From: Treponema sp.
GTDB taxonomy: Bacteria > Spirochaetota > Spirochaetia > Treponematales > Breznakiellaceae
Reading direction: 5' to 3'
Assembly (NCBI GenBank): GCA_031286205.1
Contig: JAITUR010000003.1
Span: 71,697-135,696 of the forward strand
DNA length: 64,000 nt
Position 1 is the stretch's first letter; every line of letters begins with the position of its first letter. A program made the translations under genes and the position numbers. Below are positions 1 to 9,846 of the stretch, piece after piece. The notes under the pieces are model-generated. The model was given only the letters and a program-made list of their open reading frames with translations. It was not told the DNA's origin and did not search any database.

Positions 1-456
1 GCTGGTTAGAAGCGAATTGTTTGTTTCCAATCCAATCATAACGCCGGACGAAAGAATTACAGGCAGAAAGAATACGGCACGAACAAACCCTCTTGCCTTA
101 AACTCCTGGTTTAAAAGCAAGGCAATAAAAAGGCTGAAAATAATAATTGCGGGAACAATTAATACCATGCGCCAAATTTCTTCTGTAAGGAAGCGTACAA
201 ACTCCGGGTCTATGGTAAACACACGCTTTAGGTTTTCCATACCCGTAAATTCCATTGCAAAACCGTTGTTAATAATATCGATTGTTACCTGGCTAAATAC
301 CATGCGGAGAGATTCGATAATAGGGAAAAACATAAAACTTAAGAAGCCGACAATAAAAGGAAGCAAGAACAAATATCCGGTAACAGCATTCCTGCCTTCG
401 CTTGTAAGAGTTAGTTTTTCGTCTTTTTTCATAAAGTACTTTGTAATAAAACGCAT
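1..456 (-). CDS. Carbohydrate ABC transporter permease, N-terminal 152 codons (gene continues past the left edge)
   Basis: Absent from the ORF track because it is open-ended. My own translation of the minus strand from ATG 456-454 stays open to base 1: MRFITKYFMKKDEKLTLTSEGRNAVTGYLFLLPFIVGFLSFMFFPIIESL...LLNQEFKARGFVRAVFFLPVILSSG. This is a typical MalF/UgpA/LplB-type N-terminus with its first TM helices. The start overlaps the upstream stop as TAATG. The listed + ORF 17..472 is its antisense shadow. Confidence 0.8.
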   Translation of the reverse strand, partial: MRFITKYFMKKDEKLTLTSEGRNAVTGYLFLLPFIVGFLSFMFFPIIESLRMVFSQVTIDIINNGFAMEFTGMENLKRVFTIDPEFVRFLTEEIWRMVLIVPAIIIFSLFIALLLNQEFKARGFVRAVFFLPVILSSGVMIGLETNNSLLTS

Positions 457-2963
457 TATCTCCCCCGCCTGACTTCATAATTATTTTCGTTCATGTTTAC
501 ATAAACCACAGTTCCATCCCGGTATTGCGTTTCCGTAATTCCGGGCGCCAGAATTCTATGATCAACTATTTGCTGACCGTAAATACCTGCAAAGTCCGTA
601 GAAAACCGCTGATACAAATCGTTTGCGTCATCTATCCATTTATCGTACTCGTTTGCGTAAAATTGCCTGAACTTTGTTTCCTGCAGCTCTACAGTTTCTT
701 CTTTAATAAAACTAAAATGCAAACCTGCGCCGCTTTCGATTGTTTTAAGTATATTCATTGTGTAATCTTCTGCCAGATTAATAGCGCGCCCTGTATATGG
801 AACCATGCCGGATAATGCAATCTGATAAAACGGAACAGCCGCATCTGTAATTGCAAAACCCTGGCAATCAAGAGCCATATCGACAATTATATCTGCCCAA
901 GGCGCTGAATATGAGTAACCTGCGTTAACCATTACTTTGTTACCTGCATTATGAAGCTGTTCGAATTTTTGTGCGCGCATCCTCATGGAGGCTTCGCGGC
1001 TTACATGGCGTTTTTCGTTAAAATCCCCGGCAAGAGAAGAACCCATATTCCTGAATGCTATGTTCTGCATTCCCATCTTGGATATTTTGTCTACATATCC
1101 ATCCACCATATTCATGGACACTTCCGGACGAACAAGGTAATTAAGTTTGCCCCAGCGGATTCTTTCTCCAAACCATACAAAGCTGTATGGATATTTTTCT
1201 ACACGCTTGCGTGTTACATAGCGCGCGGCATCGCGGTACAGGCTAAAGCCGTCAAAAGCACGAAGATCTCTTACAAACACAAAGTCTGCTTCCGGGAAAA
1301 GTGAAAAGCCGTTTTGCTGAGAAACATCAACAATTTTTTCGAAATCTCTTCTGGAACCAAGCTCGTTTATTAAAGTAATATTTGTTGGAACCCTGTGTTC
1401 GTAACTGCGGTTAAACCAGCCCGAAAGTTTAATTTTGGCATTCTTCCAGCCCATGCCGCCTAAATCATTAATAATATCCTGAGTTTCTTTATAAGAAGTA
1501 AGCATTAAAGGCAGATCGAAAGGGATTCCCATACGGTGCTGTGTCTTGTTTACAGCGCCAATAATTTCTACAGCAACCGGAAGGTCGCTAAAACTTCTGC
1601 TTGCAAGATGCGGATTATTTTTTATAAGCCACTCGCGATATTCTTTTGCCATACCCATATAACCGGGCTCTTCGCATACTGTGTAGCGCAATTTAATACT
1701 TTCGCCCTGAGGCAGGCCATTTTCGTACAGATATACCGCACGGTCAGACCTTCCGGAAATATCCAATATAGCGCCATGAACTATATCAAAGTAGGCATAC
1801 ACCCTATTATAAGCCGCATTACGGCCTGACACATCTGCTGTTATCCTTGCGTACGAAGAACCTTCTTCTATTATACAGACAAGGGCGTTTCCATTTTTCT
1901 GAATTCCAAAAACGGGGAATGGCGCTTTATTATTAATTATTACTGCATCGCGGGGTATTGCTTCGTCCCAGCCAAACACCGGGTTATTGGAAGCAATTTG
2001 ATTAAACTTTCCATTGTTAAAATAAACAAGAGCGCCGGATCCATCCGGTACAAACATATATCCTTGATCATTTATTCCGGCGGCTCCCATAAACGGCAGA
2101 AGATCAAGGCGGGTAGGAGGATACGAAGCCCTATAAGCAATACTGTCATAAGGAACACTTACAATAAGGGATTTACCGTCTAGCTCGTATCTGATAGTAA
2201 TTGAAAAAGCGGGTCTTTCGTCCACGCCCGCACTAATTTGGCGAGCCGCATCTTCCATAAATTCTTCGCGGGTATATCCTGCATCATGAAACCACGATTC
2301 CATGTCTGCTTTCATAAATTCCTGGGTAGCGTCGCGAATTATCCAAAGTTTTTGATCTGCAAGATCCGGATACTGCGAAAGAAGCTCTGCCCTGTTATCG
2401 TTGGAACGCAAATTGTTAATATCATAAAGACGATAGCTTGCTTCTACCCTGTTTTTATAACTGGGGTTAATCCTGTCCATGTAGTGTTTAAACCGCTCTT
2501 CTGTACAGGTAATTGGAATAATATAAGTACGGGCGACATTTCCTACAGTATAATTAACTTCTATACCGTTATTTATAATTTCGAAATTATAATTTTCTTT
2601 TTCTACGCTCTGTGTACCGGAATACAAAGTTTCTCCAACACCGCTTACATCTGCGTACTGGAGCGAAAACTGCGACTTCATTAAATCCATTGTTACTACA
2701 GTTGCAGACTTGTCATTGTCTACATCCGGCGGAGTGGAATGCCATTCCATACCTTTAACTTTATCTTTTAAAATAATGCCGGCAGTTTCTGTAATAAAGC
2801 GAAGCTCCAAATATTGATTTTCCAAAACCAATTCTTGCGGTATTTCCACACCTTCTTCCATTGCATAACCGACAACAGGTTTAACTCTTATTATCCTTCT
2901 GTTACAGGAAGCAAGAGAAAATAAAACACTAAAAATTACTAAAAGCCAAAATAATTTTTTCAC
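456..2963 (-). CDS. Large lipoprotein of unknown function (DUF5696-like by recall; possible glycan-active enzyme)
   Basis: 835-aa ORF with a signal peptide and lipobox (VLFSLASC). Tightly linked to the Yip1-like and sugar-ABC genes. I could tie no motif to a characterised enzyme. The DUF5696 assignment is from memory of similar gene clusters and is unverified. Confidence 0.6.
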   Translation of the reverse strand: MKKLFWLLVIFSVLFSLASCNRRIIRVKPVVGYAMEEGVEIPQELVLENQYLELRFITETAGIILKDKVKGMEWHSTPPDVDNDKSATVVTMDLMKSQFSLQYADVSGVGETLYSGTQSVEKENYNFEIINNGIEVNYTVGNVARTYIIPITCTEERFKHYMDRINPSYKNRVEASYRLYDINNLRSNDNRAELLSQYPDLADQKLWIIRDATQEFMKADMESWFHDAGYTREEFMEDAARQISAGVDERPAFSITIRYELDGKSLIVSVPYDSIAYRASYPPTRLDLLPFMGAAGINDQGYMFVPDGSGALVYFNNGKFNQIASNNPVFGWDEAIPRDAVIINNKAPFPVFGIQKNGNALVCIIEEGSSYARITADVSGRNAAYNRVYAYFDIVHGAILDISGRSDRAVYLYENGLPQGESIKLRYTVCEEPGYMGMAKEYREWLIKNNPHLASRSFSDLPVAVEIIGAVNKTQHRMGIPFDLPLMLTSYKETQDIINDLGGMGWKNAKIKLSGWFNRSYEHRVPTNITLINELGSRRDFEKIVDVSQQNGFSLFPEADFVFVRDLRAFDGFSLYRDAARYVTRKRVEKYPYSFVWFGERIRWGKLNYLVRPEVSMNMVDGYVDKISKMGMQNIAFRNMGSSLAGDFNEKRHVSREASMRMRAQKFEQLHNAGNKVMVNAGYSYSAPWADIIVDMALDCQGFAITDAAVPFYQIALSGMVPYTGRAINLAEDYTMNILKTIESGAGLHFSFIKEETVELQETKFRQFYANEYDKWIDDANDLYQRFSTDFAGIYGQQIVDHRILAPGITETQYRDGTVVYVNMNENNYEVRRGR

Positions 2964-2971
2964 TTTTCCTC

Positions 2972-3628
2972 CTATAGAATCCGGAACATTATTTCTTTAT
3001 ACAGCGATATAAAATATGCAATTGCATCGCTTACAAGACTAAAAAATACAACAAATACAAATACCATAACTCCCATTCCTACGATAGTCAGAAGACTGGA
3101 CATAATGGTTTTTGTAAGGCTGTAATCGTGTACCATCATCATTCCTGCAAGAATTAGCATACCTGTCCATAATGCGGAAAATCCTGCAAGCACCCAGTAA
3201 ACGGCACCTTCTTCGAAGGTTATAAACTGGCTTAAAACAATCATGGAGGCATTAATAATTACCCATGGAGTAAGAGCATAAGCGACTGTCATGTAAATTT
3301 CGTGCATCTTTCCTTTTCCGTCCATTAGGGTTGTAAGACCCCAATTTGCCACAGTCCACAGAAAAATTGGAAGAATAATACGCATTACAACAATAACCGC
3401 ATTAAAAAATTCCATGTTAATAGTAACAAACTGAAAATTTGTTAATGTCAGCCGCAGAACTTCTATAATAACCGCCAGAAATACAATAAGATTGGCAGCA
3501 GCAATAGAGCCGCGCTTTTCATGGGTTAAATCCCAAAAACCATCCAAGGGATGCGTACATACATACAATGAATATTTAAGAGTTTTACCAAAATGCTGCC
3601 ACCAGTTTTTATCTATCGGGTTTTTCAT
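2972..3628 (-). CDS. Yip1-domain-like polytopic membrane protein
   Basis: 218 aa with a short soluble N-terminus followed by five hydrophobic helices (IAAANLIVFLAVIIEVL, VIVVMRIILPIFLWTVANW, and others). 4-nt overlap with the upstream gene. Confidence 0.65.
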   Translation of the reverse strand: MKNPIDKNWWQHFGKTLKYSLYVCTHPLDGFWDLTHEKRGSIAAANLIVFLAVIIEVLRLTLTNFQFVTINMEFFNAVIVVMRIILPIFLWTVANWGLTTLMDGKGKMHEIYMTVAYALTPWVIINASMIVLSQFITFEEGAVYWVLAGFSALWTGMLILAGMMMVHDYSLTKTIMSSLLTIVGMGVMVFVFVVFFSLVSDAIAYFISLYKEIMFRIL

Positions 3629-5061
3629 GATTCTCTGATCTCCTTGATAGTATTAATGGATTTTCTTACGGCAAGCGGTACTAATATAATAATGCCCAAT
3701 ACCAAAAGCATTTTCCAAAGATTGTCTTCCGTCCATTGTTTACGATAAAGCTGGAAAGCTTTTCCATAACCTTCGCGGTGATGTTTAAGTTTGTAATATT
3801 TCATGGATTTTTGATAATCGCCCTGTCTAAGCGATGCCCTGCCAATACCGATATAAGCAAGATCGTAATTTCCGTTCATTTTAAGAACTTTTTCCCAAAC
3901 TTCTGCGGAAGATTCATAGCGGCCTGCCTTGTATTCATCAAGAGCTTCGTTAATTAGCTCTCCATAAAGAGTTAAACTAAAACAGGTAAGAGCGGCAGTT
4001 CTGGAATCTAAAGCATAAAGAGAAGAACCCATCCTATCCAAAGCTACCGGCAGTGTAAAATAACCTTCTCTATTTCCTATACCGCCAAATGTGTACAAAA
4101 GATTGCCCTGAAAATCGTACATAAAAACACGGCCGCGTGTTCTGTCAAACGCAGCGTAGGAATCGTTATCAAACGCGACAATATCTATAAACCTTGAACG
4201 GCCGGAAATACCGCCCGCATTACCGTAAGTTAAATCTCCAACAGGGTCTTCGTAACCATTGCGGATAAGAATATCCTGCCCCATCGCATTTAATCTTCTT
4301 ACCGGATCTGTCTGCCCCGTAGCATTGGTAACATAAATAAAACCGTCGTTGTCTAAAGCAACATTGGTATATTCGGTAGGAACAAATAAATCCATTTGCG
4401 CTCTTTGACTCTGTGTAGCAAGAAGTTTCCAAATATAATCTATAATATTAATTACAACTTTATTGGCACCCATATAACCGGCAAATTCACCGCGGTTATC
4501 GAATTCCAAAAGTCCTTTGTTAACATTTGTAGCCTGGACAAAAATTCTGCCTGCAAAATCTACTACAAGTTTTACCGGCAAAAATTCCATATTTTCGGCA
4601 AAACTTTCGTCGTCCGGTTTATATATGGAATAAACATGATTCCAGTTTCTGTCCAGTTTAATTACTCGCTGATTCCTGTTATCTGCAATATAAAGAGAAC
4701 CGTCCCTGTCTTCGAAAATATCCGTAGGTCCTGCCAAAGCCGATTGCTGCCCGTCAATTAATACGGAAGAAAAAACCTTTACAACATTATGTTCGCCGCG
4801 ATCGTTTACTTCGATTAATACAATTCTGCTGTTGCCGGTATCGCAGATATAAATACGGTTTCCTCTGATATAAAGCCCCTGCGGATCGCGGAAATGACCA
4901 ATTCCCAAATTTTCGCCAAGAATGTACGCGCTTGGACGATAAGCGTCAGGAGACGCAACCTGTTCCCGCCAGAAGTCATAATTGTAAGTGTAGTTAGAGG
5001 GCTCCGCATAAACAAAGAGCAGAGTAAAAAGGAAGATACTTAAAATGATTATTCTTTTCAT
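3625..5061 (-). CDS. Secreted six-bladed NHL-repeat beta-propeller protein with C-terminal TPR and TM anchor
   Basis: Signal peptide MKRIIILSIFLFTLLFVYA. Six NHL-like blades (for example PQGLYIRGNRIYICDTGNSRIVLIEV and PTDIFEDRDGSLYIADNRNQRVIKLD). TPR-like segment YKAGRYESSAEVWEKVLKMNGNYDLAYIGIGRASLRQGDYQKSMKYY. Terminal TM helix MLLVLGIIILVPLAV. Confidence 0.75.
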   Translation of the reverse strand: MKRIIILSIFLFTLLFVYAEPSNYTYNYDFWREQVASPDAYRPSAYILGENLGIGHFRDPQGLYIRGNRIYICDTGNSRIVLIEVNDRGEHNVVKVFSSVLIDGQQSALAGPTDIFEDRDGSLYIADNRNQRVIKLDRNWNHVYSIYKPDDESFAENMEFLPVKLVVDFAGRIFVQATNVNKGLLEFDNRGEFAGYMGANKVVINIIDYIWKLLATQSQRAQMDLFVPTEYTNVALDNDGFIYVTNATGQTDPVRRLNAMGQDILIRNGYEDPVGDLTYGNAGGISGRSRFIDIVAFDNDSYAAFDRTRGRVFMYDFQGNLLYTFGGIGNREGYFTLPVALDRMGSSLYALDSRTAALTCFSLTLYGELINEALDEYKAGRYESSAEVWEKVLKMNGNYDLAYIGIGRASLRQGDYQKSMKYYKLKHHREGYGKAFQLYRKQWTEDNLWKMLLVLGIIILVPLAVRKSINTIKEIRES

Positions 5062-5063
5062 AC

Positions 5064-5942
5064 TTATTCCTTAATTCCCGAGCTTGCCATTGTCTGCAAG
5101 ACATTGCTTTGAGCAAAGATAAACATAACAAGCGGAACAATCATTATAAAGAGAGTTACCGCCGCTCCAACACCGGCGCGGGCAATTGTTACAGCGCCGC
5201 CTGTAATTATCTGAGAAAGCGCATACGGCAATGTCTTTAATTCTTCGGAATAAATTACATTGGATGCTCTGGCATTCCAGAGATTTTGTACAGAGAAAAT
5301 CATTACAGTAAGCCATGCCGGTTTAATCATTGGCAGAATTATCCATGTAAAAATACCGAATTCTTTTGCGCCATCCACGGTTGCAGCTTCTAAAAGCGTA
5401 TCCGGAATGGTATCTATAAATTGTTTAAGAAGGAAGAATCCCATAGGCATGGCAAATGCCGGAATAACAACCGAAAGATAAGTGTCTACCCACCCAAGAC
5501 TTGCCAAAACAAGGTAGTTGGGTATTGCGGTTACATAGGGGGAAAACATAAGAGTAATAATAACGCCGGAAAAGAAAATCTTTGCGCCGGGGAATTTGTA
5601 CTTGGATACAACAAATGCTCCCATGCTTGCAACAATTATAAGACCGGTGGTTCCTACTGCCGTAATAAATACCGTATTAAAAATGTACCTGGAAAACGGA
5701 ACCCAGGATTTGCTCATCATAATAAAGAGATCCTGGAAATTATTCAGTGTCGGATTGCGTACAAAAATATTGGGAGGAAACAAGAATATTTCGTTTAACG
5801 GTTTAAACGCATGGTTAATATTAAAAACAAGAGGGAAAGCAAAGAACACGCCAAAAATGGTGAGTATGGTAATAATAAATGTGTCTCCGCCGTACGAGCG
5901 GTTAAGCCTTCTGCCGCCAATTAATTTTTTTATCTTCTTCAT
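5064..5942 (-). CDS. Carbohydrate ABC transporter permease (MalG/UgpE type)
   Basis: 292 aa, six TM helices, EAA loop LEAATVDGAKEFGIFTWIILPMIKP. Confidence 0.9.
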   Translation of the reverse strand: MKKIKKLIGGRRLNRSYGGDTFIITILTIFGVFFAFPLVFNINHAFKPLNEIFLFPPNIFVRNPTLNNFQDLFIMMSKSWVPFSRYIFNTVFITAVGTTGLIIVASMGAFVVSKYKFPGAKIFFSGVIITLMFSPYVTAIPNYLVLASLGWVDTYLSVVIPAFAMPMGFFLLKQFIDTIPDTLLEAATVDGAKEFGIFTWIILPMIKPAWLTVMIFSVQNLWNARASNVIYSEELKTLPYALSQIITGGAVTIARAGVGAAVTLFIMIVPLVMFIFAQSNVLQTMASSGIKE

Positions 5943-5952
5943 ATTTTACCCC

Positions 5953-6885
5953 TTATGTTCCTACACGCTTAAGGAATTTCTGAATAATGAAATTACATAA
6001 AATCATTGTAATAAATAATATTGTAGCTATAGCGGAAGCGTACCCCATTTCGAAACGGATTGCGCCAAAGTCGACAAGATGGTTAACAACCGTATGTACC
6101 GCATAGTCCGTACTAGGGAACCCTGCAAGTATTTGAGTAACCTCCCCTACGCCAAAAGATTGTGTAATTGCCATAACCGCGCCGAACATTAACATTCCTT
6201 TCATGTTGGGAAGAGTTATGTACCAAAGTTCCTGCCAGCGGTTTGTAATTCCGTCTACTAATCCCGCTTCGTACAAAGTAGGATCGATAGTGCTTAGACC
6301 GGCGATAAACGCAAGGAAGCCCGCACCTAAGCTCATCCATAAAATAATTACAAGCATAACCGGCATCATGTATTTTGGGTCTGTTAACCAAAGTATAGGC
6401 TGATCCAATAACCCAAGATTAATTAAAATACCGTTTACATAACCGTAAGCATCGCCAGAGAAAATAAGCGCCCAAATCATAAACGCACTGCCCGCAATAG
6501 ACGGTGCATAGAAAATTAAAGTTACAAGAGCGCGGATATAGCGAGGAAGCTCGTTAATAAACCACGCAAACAAGAATGCCATAATATAACCGACAGGACC
6601 GCAGATTGCCGCCATAATAAATGTATTTTTTACAGCTATCAGGTATACATCATCTGCAAGAAGCAGGTTTATATAGTTACGAAGTCCAATAAATCTTGGC
6701 GGCTCCAAAATGTTAAAATATGTAAAGCTAAAGAAAATAGAAATTAACAGGGGCATTACAAAGAAAAGTATAAACACAATTGCATAAGGCGCAAGAAAAA
6801 GATAACACACACGATGTTTATGAATTTCCCTTATTTGTTTTTCTCTGGCTTCTCTTTTTTTATCCAGGTATCTTGTCAAGCTCAT
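5953..6885 (-). CDS. Carbohydrate ABC transporter permease (MalF/UgpA type)
   Basis: 310 aa, six TM helices, EAA loop YEAGLVDGITNRWQELWYITLPNMKGM. Confidence 0.9.
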   Translation of the reverse strand: MSLTRYLDKKREAREKQIREIHKHRVCYLFLAPYAIVFILFFVMPLLISIFFSFTYFNILEPPRFIGLRNYINLLLADDVYLIAVKNTFIMAAICGPVGYIMAFLFAWFINELPRYIRALVTLIFYAPSIAGSAFMIWALIFSGDAYGYVNGILINLGLLDQPILWLTDPKYMMPVMLVIILWMSLGAGFLAFIAGLSTIDPTLYEAGLVDGITNRWQELWYITLPNMKGMLMFGAVMAITQSFGVGEVTQILAGFPSTDYAVHTVVNHLVDFGAIRFEMGYASAIATILFITMILCNFIIQKFLKRVGT

Positions 6886-6893
6886 TATTCCCC

Positions 6894-9785
6894 CTATTCC
6901 AATCCGAATTCTTTTCGTTTTTTTATTAACTCATCATTTATAGTGATGGTATAATCCAACAATGTTTCGCGGGTATCATGCCCTTCGTTAAGAACACGGC
7001 GTACGGCGTTAACGACATGGCGGTTTACAAAGTATCCGCCGGGAACTTCTGGAGTACCAACTGTCCAGTTACGCTGTTCGTCCAGAACCGCCATTTGCTC
7101 GGAGCCCCATGCAAGCTGCTTAAAGGCTTCGTAGTTTGCGGTAGGATACCTTGCCGCAGCGCCCATTATACTTTCCAGCTCGCGTCCATATCTAAGCTGA
7201 GTAGGGGAACTGATCCACCACTTCATAAACTCCCATGCTTGCTCCTGTCTTCGCGAAGCAGAAATAATCATAGACGCAATAGTACCGGTAGATACAGAAC
7301 GATCGATATATTCGTTGCCGTCCTTGTCTTTTCTTTTAAGACCCGGCATTCTTGCAAAACCCCAAAGACCGCGAAGCTCCGGTGCAAATACTTCCAAGGT
7401 GTTAAAGTTTGAATAATCCGCAAAAGCAAGGGGCATTTCGCCTGTGCGGAAACGGTTTACAAAGTCGAATGCTATAGGAGTTTTGTAATGTGTATAAAAT
7501 TTTGTATAAACATCGAATGCGTCAATTGCAATTTCTGTATCCAGAAGAGCACGCGAACCATCTTCGTTATATAGCCTGCCTCCTCGCTGGAACAAGTGCG
7601 CCATAAAATTGGAAAAGTCCGGGTGAATGCCGCGCGCAGGATCTGCGTTTGCTACAGAGGGAATACCGACATTCATATTGTTTTTTTGAATAATCGGCAG
7701 AATATTAATAAGATCTTCCCATGTATCGGGGAGAGATAAATTAAGCTCTTCTAAAATATCTTTTCTATAATACATGACATGGAAGTATTGAGCTTCCGGC
7801 AGCCCCCATACGCCGTCGCCATAGGTAAATGGGATCATTACTTCCGGGTTAAGCTCTTTTACCGCATCTTCGTAACCGGGGAATTTGGAAATATCCACAA
7901 CGGCCTTACGGATAGCGTAGTTAATAACTTCGCCCTGAGGAACTGTTAATACAATATCCGGACCCGTACCTGCAACAACCGCAGGCATAACCGCATCCGG
8001 CGCAACAAGTCTGACATTTACCCTAACTCCCGTTAGTGGAGTAAAAGTATCGTCTATCATTGCTTTTAGGATTGTACTTTGATCGCGGCCTGCAATCATC
8101 CATACACTGATTGCATCTTTGTGTACATCGCCAACATTACTGTAGTTTATAACAAAAGACATAAAGAAAGATTTTATTTCGTGCAGCGCGGCAACCAAGA
8201 AATTTTCCCGCACCGGCGGTATATGGGCTTCTTTTCCGCTTATTATTAGATAATCGATATCCAACTGTGATTGCGCAAGACCAAGCAGACTGTCGCCAAG
8301 AGAGCTTATATTTCCTTTAAAATTTACAAGAGTTCTTGGAATCTTTTCCGGTCTTTTTACAAAAAGCTCAAGCTGACGCGCCAGAGTAAGAGTTGCCGCA
8401 GCCTGTGCGCTTCTTTCCCCTGTATATTCTGTTAAATCATCTACAAGTTTGTAAAGGATTTTGCTTTCGAGAGACATAGCTGTCATTATTTCCGGATACA
8501 CATGATTGACACGGTAATCGCGGTAAATATCGGGTTCCGGTCCTGTAAGAACAAGAATTTTCCGGTAGATGGCATTTAATCGGTATACGCTTTCTTCCAT
8601 TGTGTTAAGTAATTCGCCCATACCGCCAAGAGTTGCCTGAAGCCGAATGGTATGACTGCCGTTTTCCAGCGGAACAAGAATATCTCCCTGATCATCATGC
8701 AAGGTAAGAAGTTCCCATTTATTATTAAAGGAAAACGGAACTGCGGCAAACTCGCTGTAGGGAACTTGTCTGTTAATAAGTACGGTACGATTCGATACAA
8801 AGCCGCGATTGTAATTCTGTCTGCCTTTTATGGTGATACGGTACATTCCGTTTTCCGGAACATCAAAATCCCATTCGATCCACTGCCCTGCAACACGCCA
8901 GCTTTGTCCGCCAATCATGTTAAGTCTTATTCTTGCAACGCTGGCAGGGTCTGTTGCGCCGGAAGAGCGATCGTAAATCGGGTATAACGAAGGATCAGAA
9001 CGATGATTCGATCTTTCTCCCTGAATTTTTAAAAAGAAATTTTCGTTGCCGCCTGTAAAACGGCCTGTATCTATACCGGCTAAAGTTTCCCTGTATGGCA
9101 GAATTATTTCCGGAGCCATTATTGACAGCGCGCGAATAACTACAGGTTCGTTTATTCCTTCCATTCTGATAGTGTTTTCGCCTTCGCGTAAATAAAAGGT
9201 ATAAGGTTCTACGATAAAACCAAGCGAATCCCTAAACCGGGAACTTTCCCATCGCGGTTTTTCTACCTGCGAAGGACGAATCTCGTTACCCTGATTGTCA
9301 AAGGTGCTTTCTCTTGCATCGCCCCAAACACGCTGGAACGAAAGTCTGTCTGCGCCAAGAAAGGGAACTTCTCCATTAATTAACAAGATGCGTTCTATCG
9401 GAATACCGCGCGAAGGAAGCGGGAAATATTCCATGTAAAAATTATAAAGTCCCGCTTTGTCTACATTAACTTTGTATTCTACAAAGCTTATTTCTTCTGT
9501 TCGCAATACCCTTGGTTCGTCCTGAAAATTTTCCAGCACGGAAACACCCTGCGCAGCCGAGTATGCAAAAATATTGATGGGTATATTGCTTTGCCCCAAA
9601 GGAGCGTTTGCATGATGCTCCATGTAGCGGGAAAAGGTGTTGGCTCTTCCCGTGCTTGCACCAGTTAAATCGTAGCCGGCATACTTGTGCGAAAAATCTG
9701 AATCTTGCCTTCCGACAAACACAAACAATAACACCACAATGGCAGCTATTGCAACAATAATAATTGGTTTAAAAAATTTATTCAT
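6894..9785 (-). CDS. Giant membrane-anchored extracellular solute-binding protein (N-terminal beta-sandwich/helical extension plus family-1 SBP domain)
   Basis: 963 aa with an N-terminal TM anchor (IIIVAIAAIVVLLFVFV, no lipobox). About 540 aa of non-SBP sequence, including two similar beta-rich modules (GLYNFYMEYFP...GENTIRMEG and GMYRITIKGRQ...GSHTIRLQA). The C-terminal ~400 aa resemble sugar SBPs (VWMIAGRDQSTILKAMIDDTFTP...GVWGLPEAQYFHVMYYRKD). Confidence 0.75.
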   Translation of the reverse strand: MNKFFKPIIIVAIAAIVVLLFVFVGRQDSDFSHKYAGYDLTGASTGRANTFSRYMEHHANAPLGQSNIPINIFAYSAAQGVSVLENFQDEPRVLRTEEISFVEYKVNVDKAGLYNFYMEYFPLPSRGIPIERILLINGEVPFLGADRLSFQRVWGDARESTFDNQGNEIRPSQVEKPRWESSRFRDSLGFIVEPYTFYLREGENTIRMEGINEPVVIRALSIMAPEIILPYRETLAGIDTGRFTGGNENFFLKIQGERSNHRSDPSLYPIYDRSSGATDPASVARIRLNMIGGQSWRVAGQWIEWDFDVPENGMYRITIKGRQNYNRGFVSNRTVLINRQVPYSEFAAVPFSFNNKWELLTLHDDQGDILVPLENGSHTIRLQATLGGMGELLNTMEESVYRLNAIYRKILVLTGPEPDIYRDYRVNHVYPEIMTAMSLESKILYKLVDDLTEYTGERSAQAAATLTLARQLELFVKRPEKIPRTLVNFKGNISSLGDSLLGLAQSQLDIDYLIISGKEAHIPPVRENFLVAALHEIKSFFMSFVINYSNVGDVHKDAISVWMIAGRDQSTILKAMIDDTFTPLTGVRVNVRLVAPDAVMPAVVAGTGPDIVLTVPQGEVINYAIRKAVVDISKFPGYEDAVKELNPEVMIPFTYGDGVWGLPEAQYFHVMYYRKDILEELNLSLPDTWEDLINILPIIQKNNMNVGIPSVANADPARGIHPDFSNFMAHLFQRGGRLYNEDGSRALLDTEIAIDAFDVYTKFYTHYKTPIAFDFVNRFRTGEMPLAFADYSNFNTLEVFAPELRGLWGFARMPGLKRKDKDGNEYIDRSVSTGTIASMIISASRRQEQAWEFMKWWISSPTQLRYGRELESIMGAAARYPTANYEAFKQLAWGSEQMAVLDEQRNWTVGTPEVPGGYFVNRHVVNAVRRVLNEGHDTRETLLDYTITINDELIKKRKEFGLE

Positions 9786-9816
9786 TTCTTTGACGCCTTT
9801 ATAGGGATATTAGAGT

Positions 9817-9845
9817 ATGATACACCGAAATAAGACTGCCGTCAA
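9817..9845 (-). promoter_or_regulatory. Putative sigma70-type promoter for the ABC cluster
   Basis: Minus strand reads TTGACG (9845-9840), a 17-nt spacer, then TATCAT (9822-9817). It lies directly after the aroA stop and 31 nt upstream of the SBP ATG. Confidence 0.4.
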
Positions 9846-9846
9846 C

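Noticed and set aside
17-472. 151-aa plus-strand ORF at the left edge
   Set aside because: It lies antisense to an open minus-strand frame that translates into a convincing ABC permease N-terminus. Its own sequence is Lys/Arg/Ile-rich with no motif, which is typical of a shadow ORF.
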